DNA of 64,000 bases from Azolla caroliniana (Eukaryota > Plantae > Polypodiophyta). Shown here piece by piece: positions 63,531 to 64,000 of the stretch; the first letter of the stretch is position 1, and each line of letters begins with the position of its first letter. The notes under the pieces are model-generated. The model was given only the letters and a program-made list of their open reading frames with translations. It had not been told where the DNA came from and made no database searches. Made by a program: the position numbers and the translations under genes. Where the stretch lies: positions 5,580,001 through 5,644,000 of the forward strand of contig JBHGNT010000020.1 in NCBI GenBank assembly GCA_043228905.1. Reading direction: 5' to 3'.

Positions 63531-64000
63531 TGTTGTTATAGGTAGCTAAGTTTGGTGTGAATCGTCGACATGGCGGCACCGTGTTTATTGAAAGTGTAGA
63601 AGCTATGAACAATCTGTTTCAAGTTGTAGTACAAGATTATAATTTCTCTCTTCGAGGAAATAATAGCTTGTTGTACACACATGTTGAAGAAAGCTACCGC
63701 AACCATAGGTAAATCATATTCAATAGACCACCAGAAAATTAATGAACATGGGTATGTGACTGTTTCATCGGAACTACTAAAATAGATTGCAAAACAACCA
63801 GAAACCCAAGATCTTGAGACTTCAAGTCTGCCGGACCATTTAGATGTTACCAATACAGATTCTATTGGGAAAACTAGGTCCCTTTGGATGGGATGAGCCA
63901 AATCGAAGAACAAGCTCGACCGAGGTTGAAAGGCTGAGGCCGAAAATCGATTTTCGAAATCGAAATCGAGAATCGATTATACCACCAATTCAGAAGACTA

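Overview
Plant nuclear DNA, probably from a non-seed land plant such as a fern or lycophyte (inferred from the element repertoire only). It is almost entirely nested, decaying retrotransposons, and I found no confidently intact host gene. Left part: a copia relic (130-2050), two head-to-tail RTE-X-like LINEs (2160-8620, -), and a copia 5' end interrupted by an L1 (11761-16948). From 16949 on there is a one-sided nest. Copia E (-) holds copia D (+), which holds an Athila-like gypsy F with a long extra ORF, which holds tRNA-Trp-primed gypsy A. A holds gypsy B and two copies of copia family C1. A third C1 copy sits in the F LTR, and a gag-only tRNA-Trp element G sits in the D LTR. The best signal is in A and B: both end gag-protease with G_GAT_TTT_TAG followed by a covarying H-type pseudoknot, and in B the -1 frame runs open into RT. 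This points to programmed -1 frameshifting between protease and RT. G looks like a non-autonomous partner of the B family. Coordinates were read by eye and may be off by a few bases; lineage names are motif-based, not search results.
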